Part shown: positions 60,340 to 64,000 of the stretch, one piece after another
How the letters are laid out: every line of letters starts with the position of its first letter
Position numbering within the stretch: the stretch's first letter is position 1
From: an uncultured Actinomycetes bacterium
GTDB lineage: Bacteria > Actinomycetota > Acidimicrobiia > Acidimicrobiales > JACDEA01
NCBI GenBank assembly: GCA_963742585.1
Contig: CAVUMI010000005.1
Coordinates: 172,984-236,983, forward strand
Reading direction: 5' to 3'
DNA length: 64,000 bases
Notes under the pieces: generated by a model
What the model saw: the letters and a program-made list of their open reading frames with translations, nothing else
The model's database searches: none
What the model was told of the DNA's origin: nothing
Position numbers and translations under genes: made by a program

Positions 60340-61113
60340 GTGGAGGCTCTGTGGGGCACGGTCGGCGGGCGGTGGTACGTCACGGTGTTCGGGCTGGCGT
60401 TTGCGTGGCGGGCCGGGCGTCACCTGGGCTTGCGGCGCACCGTGGCCTACTCGATCGTGGCCGTGGCGGTCGGTGCGCTGGCCGAGAACGGCTCGGTGCA
60501 CCTCGGCTTTCCGTACACGCGCTACGCGTTCAATCCCGACCTGCGGGGCGACGAGTTGTTCATCGGCGACGTTCCCCTGATGGTGCCGCTGAGCTACACG
60601 TTCATGGCCTACTTCGCCTTCGAGGCGGGGCGACTGCTGGCGTCGGGGCCGCGCCATACCCGCGCGCCGCGGCCGTGGATGGAGTGGCTGCTGGCCCTGG
60701 TGCTGGCGGTGTGGGCCTTGTGGCTGCTCGACCCCATGAGCCGGCTGGGCGAGCACTTCTACCTCGGGCGGGTCTTCGAGTACGCCGGCCCCGGTTTCTG
60801 GTTCGGGCTGCCGACCGGAAGCCAGGTGGGCTTCGCGGCCACCGCTGCGGTGTTGCTCGCAGTGCTCTTCTGGATGACGCGCGATGAGCAGGACGAGCCG
60901 GTGGAGGGACTGGCCCGTCACCCGCACCTCGCCGCGCTGCTCACCTACCACGGTCAGGTGTTCCATCTCGTCATCGTCGGTTTCTGGGTCGGCCGCGACG
61001 TAGCGGTGGCCAACACGATCGCCGGCGGCGCCCTCCTCATGTGGGTTCCGATCGCAACGATGACCGCGGTGTACTGGTCGGCGATCCGCGAACGCGAACG
61101 CGCCCTAGCGATC
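60340..61113 (+). CDS. carotenoid-biosynthesis-like membrane protein (DUF422 / CruF-like), no stop before next domain
   Basis: Multi-TM protein with ...GSVHLGFPYTRYAFN...VPLMVPLSYTFMAY... as I recall the family. It reads straight into the next feature in the same frame. Confidence 0.6.
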
Positions 61114-61980
61114 ATGCGCGCCGCGGCGGCTGTGCTCGCGGCCGCGCTCGTGCTTGTGGCCTGTAGCGAGTCGCCTTCACGACCTCCCGCCACACCCACG
61201 TCCTCGTCGTCCTCGACGTCCACCTCCACATCCCCGACGACACCGAGCACGACAACGACAACCAGAGCCGCGCGACCGGTGAGCGGGTTGCAGGCCGCGG
61301 TAACCGCGGCGGCGACGGGCCGGCGCGTGCCGGTGAGCGTGGTGGCCGTCAACCTCACCACGGGCGAGCGCGGGTCCAACCTCGGCAGTCGCGTCGTGCT
61401 GAGCGCCAGCCTCTACAAGCTGTTCGTGGCCCGTGAGCTTTTCCGCCGAATCGCCGCCGGCACCGTCGCCCGCAACGACCCGAGCGGCGACGGCCGCCAC
61501 ACCGTCGACGAGTGTCTGCGGCTCATGATCGTGATCTCCGACGACGGCTGCGGCGTGGCCGGCCTGAACATGGTGGGCAAGGGGAACCTCGACGCGTCGT
61601 TGCACCGCGACGGCTTCCCTGGGACCTACCTCGCTTCGCCGCAACGCACCACCGCGGCGGATACCGCCGAGTTCCTGCGGCGCGAGCGGGCGGGGAACAC
61701 CGAGCTGTACGGGCTGCTGCGCCAGCAACAGGTGAACAACCGCATCCCGCCCGCGCTGCCAGCGGGCACACCGATCGCCCACAAGACCGGCGACCGCACC
61801 GGTTGGGCCCACGACGCCGGCGTCATCACCACTCCCAAGGGCGAATTCGTCATCGCCGTCCTCACCGGCGAATGGCCCTCGCCCTGTTGCCACGAAGAAC
61901 GCATAGGCGCGCTCGAGCGCGAAGCATTCGCGCTGATCGGCGCGGTAGCGCGCCGCGTCTACGACTACATCGCGGCCTAA
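61114..61980 (+). CDS. class A beta-lactamase-like serine hydrolase lipoprotein (internal ATG of ORF 60340..61980)
   Basis: MRAAAAVLAAALVLVAC lipobox, a Ser/Thr/Pro linker, then SxxK (SLYK), SDN-like (SDD) and KTG (HKTGDR). Confidence 0.7.
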   Translation: MRAAAAVLAAALVLVACSESPSRPPATPTSSSSSTSTSTSPTTPSTTTTTRAARPVSGLQAAVTAAATGRRVPVSVVAVNLTTGERGSNLGSRVVLSASLYKLFVARELFRRIAAGTVARNDPSGDGRHTVDECLRLMIVISDDGCGVAGLNMVGKGNLDASLHRDGFPGTYLASPQRTTAADTAEFLRRERAGNTELYGLLRQQQVNNRIPPALPAGTPIAHKTGDRTGWAHDAGVITTPKGEFVIAVLTGEWPSPCCHEERIGALEREAFALIGAVARRVYDYIAA

Positions 61981-62009
61981 CGTGCTTTCCGCCTCGGGTC
62001 TCGCCGCAC

Positions 62010-62300
62010 TCATAGCGCAGCCGCCACAGGTGGGGCGTTGGCCCTCCGAGGGTGGCGTGGATCGTCGGGTCCCACGAAGGCCCGCGTGCCGGTGCCCTCG
62101 ACCAACTGCCAGTCCTTGGTGGTCTTGAGCTTGTGGTGGTGCTACCGCCGCTCGCGCTGCTCGAAGCCGGAGCTGAGACTGACGTCCGCGTGCCAACGTG
62201 CGGACGGCGCCCCTCGGGTCGTTCGCCGGGCTCCCACCTGAGCGCCGGTTCAGTTGGATCGCGTACTTCGGCGTCACGTATCTCGTGACGTGGCTGCTGT
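62010..62300 (-). pseudogene. possible relic of a second HNH (DUF222-type) endonuclease C-terminus with in-frame TAG
   Basis: The minus frame reads ...FEQRERR*HHHKLKTTKDWQLVEGTGTRAFVGPDDPRHP...* (TAG at 62143-62141, stop at 62012-62010). It resembles the ...HHHLWHKRRKLGWTERLEPDGT... tail of the relic at 14937-16130. The upstream extent is unclear. Confidence 0.3.
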
Positions 62301-62333
62301 AGGCCAATCTCCGCCATCTGGTAGACGCTAGGT

Positions 62334-62864
62334 ATGAGCGCCGCTGTTGATCACCTCGTGGTGGGCTCCGCCGACTTGGATGTGGGCATCGGCTGGGTGG
62401 CCGAGCGGCTCGGCGTAGCGCCGGTTTTCGGCGGTGTGCACGACGGCTTCGGGACCCGCAACGCGTTGCTCGGTCTCGGCGATCAGTACCTCGAGGTGTT
62501 GGCCGTCGACCCCGACCAGGCTGGAGCTTCGTCGGCGATAGTCGAACAGATAGGGGGTCTACTCGTGCCGGCGCTGATCACCGTGGCGATTGCGAAGTCC
62601 GATCTCCAAAACCCGATTGCCATGTCCCGCACCCGTCCCGACGGCGTCCGTCTCGAGTGGGCCTTGGAGTTCACGTCGACGCCAATCTTCTTCATCGACT
62701 GGAAGGCGTCTCCGAGACCGGTGGGACTTCCTGACGGCGGACGCCTCACGTCGTTGTCGATCACCACCCCCGAACCGGAAGCCCTTGCCGGTGTCGATGG
62801 CGTCTCGGTCCACAAGGGCGAGTGGCGGGTTGAAGCCAGCATCGACGGCAAGGAGTTGGTGTAG
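62334..62864 (+). CDS. VOC / glyoxalase-like domain protein
   Basis: 176 aa. ...VDHLVVGSADLDVGIGWVAERLGV...FGTRNALLGLGDQYLEVLAVDP... is typical of the Glyoxalase-like domain family. Confidence 0.7.
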   Translation: MSAAVDHLVVGSADLDVGIGWVAERLGVAPVFGGVHDGFGTRNALLGLGDQYLEVLAVDPDQAGASSAIVEQIGGLLVPALITVAIAKSDLQNPIAMSRTRPDGVRLEWALEFTSTPIFFIDWKASPRPVGLPDGGRLTSLSITTPEPEALAGVDGVSVHKGEWRVEASIDGKELV

Positions 62865-62866
62865 CG

Positions 62867-64000
62867 ATGGATGGACGTGCGCCGGTGGTGGTCGGCGTTG
62901 GGATGGTGGACCAGCGCCACGACGATCCGTCATTCGCGGCCGAGCCGCTCGAGCTGATGCTGCAGGCCGTGCAGCGCGCCGGCGACGACAGCGGGGTCGC
63001 CGCGCTGCTCTCCCGCGTCGAGCTGATCGCCTCGCCACGCGGCCTCTGGCAGTACGGGGATCCCGGCCGGCACATCGCTGACGCGATCGGGTCGCCCGCG
63101 GCCACCACGGTGCTGTCGCTGGTCGGCGTGCTCCAGCAGACGCTCATCGGCGACGCGTGCCGCCGCATCGCCGAGGGCGAGATCGATGTCGCGGCGGTGG
63201 TCGGCGGCGAGGCGCGATTCCGTAAACTCAGGGGCCGCATCCTCGACGTCGAGGTCGTGGAGTCCGACATCGAGGGCACACCCGACGTCACGCTCAAGCC
63301 CACCGCCGACCTCGTCCTCCAGTCGGAGATACACAGCGGCCTCGGCCCGATGCCGGTCGGCTACTACGCCATCATCGAGAGCGCGCTGCGGGCCGCGGCC
63401 GGGCTGAGCATCGACGAGCACCGCCGGCGCGTCGCCGACCTGTACAGCCGGTTCAGTGCGATCGCCGTCGGCAACCCGCACGCGTGGAAGCGCGAGCCGG
63501 TCGCCGCCGAGTTCATCCGCGAGCCCTCCGATAAGAACCCGATGCTGGCGTTCCCGTACACCAAGCTGCACAACAGTTCGTGGAACGTCGACCAAGCCAC
63601 CGCGTTGCTCATCTGTTCCGCGGCGGCGGCCGACGAGGTCGGCATCGACCCCTCGCGCCGGGTCTTCGCCCGCGCCAGCGCCGAGTCCAACCACGCCACG
63701 ACCATCTCGGCTCGCCCGGATCTGGCCCGCTGCCCGGGCGTGCGGCTGGCCGGTCGCAGCGCGCTCGCAGCCGCCGCGGTCGACGCGCACGCGGTCGACC
63801 TGGTCGAGCTGTACAGCTGCTTCCCCGCCGCGGTGCAGATGCACGCCCGCGAGCTCGGCGTGCGCGCCGACGTCGATTGGACCGTTACCGGCGGGATGCC
63901 GTTCGCCGGCGGACCGTTCAACAGCTACGTGCTCCAGTCGACCGGCACGATGATCGAGCGATTGCGCGCCCAGCCCGGTGCGGTTGGCCTGGTGTCGTCG
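62867..64000 (+). CDS. thiolase-like (acetyl-CoA acetyltransferase family) protein, 3' end beyond window
   Basis: It is not in the ORF track because no stop is reached. I translated ATG 62867 (MDGRAPVVVGVGMVDQRHDD...) through 378 codons to the window end without a stop. ...NPMLAFPYTKLHNSSWNVDQA...VDLVELYSCFPAAVQM...GGMPFAGGPFNSY is a thiolase-fold C-terminal pattern. Confidence 0.75.
   Translation, partial: MDGRAPVVVGVGMVDQRHDDPSFAAEPLELMLQAVQRAGDDSGVAALLSRVELIASPRGLWQYGDPGRHIADAIGSPAATTVLSLVGVLQQTLIGDACRRIAEGEIDVAAVVGGEARFRKLRGRILDVEVVESDIEGTPDVTLKPTADLVLQSEIHSGLGPMPVGYYAIIESALRAAAGLSIDEHRRRVADLYSRFSAIAVGNPHAWKREPVAAEFIREPSDKNPMLAFPYTKLHNSSWNVDQATALLICSAAAADEVGIDPSRRVFARASAESNHATTISARPDLARCPGVRLAGRSALAAAAVDAHAVDLVELYSCFPAAVQMHARELGVRADVDWTVTGGMPFAGGPFNSYVLQSTGTMIERLRAQPGAVGLVSS

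Overview
Visibly high-GC, actinobacterial-type chromosomal DNA: codon third positions are almost all G/C, GTG/TTG starts are common, and many neighbouring genes are coupled by ATGA/TGATG overlaps. I can support about 60 protein-coding loci. I found no rRNA, tRNA, CRISPR array, transposase, integrase or phage genes. Content from start to end: an oxygenase-rich stretch (P450, ferredoxin-P450); a DUF3494 'ice-binding-like' surface-protein operon with a divergent wHTH regulator; an L-rhamnose catabolic locus (DeoR regulator, rhaEW-rhaI-rhaB); an HNH/DUF222 relic; a run of transport and glycosidase genes (MFS-ABC, LivHMG, GH78 rhamnosidase, binding protein, PhyH, Tat protein, GH127, CocE/NonD); a BVMO/PhyH/acyl-CoA dehydrogenase group; two PP2C signalling proteins; resistance-like housekeeping genes; and a long minus-strand array (PNPOx, PNPOx-UbiA fusion, cNMP-binding Lon-like protease, orphan secreted protein, TetR, fatty-acid hydroxylase) facing a DedA-PAP2 gene. 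Main observations: (1) From ~18.4 to ~32.1 kb every gene is broken by single-base insertions of one sign only, often in homopolymers. This is either a poorly polished assembly patch or a freshly inactivated rhamnoside-utilisation island. (2) Candidate undescribed modules are the cNMP-binding/TM/Lon-S16 protease with the PNPOx-UbiA fusion, a second PNPOx and an orphan 562-aa secreted protein; and the DUF3494 surface protein with two tiny coupled ORFs. (3) A ~34-bp-arm hairpin swallows a stop codon and abuts a near-consensus TetR promoter. (4) A CruF-like membrane protein and a class-A beta-lactamase-like lipoprotein share one ORF. All functional calls come from motif recognition by eye. No database search was run.
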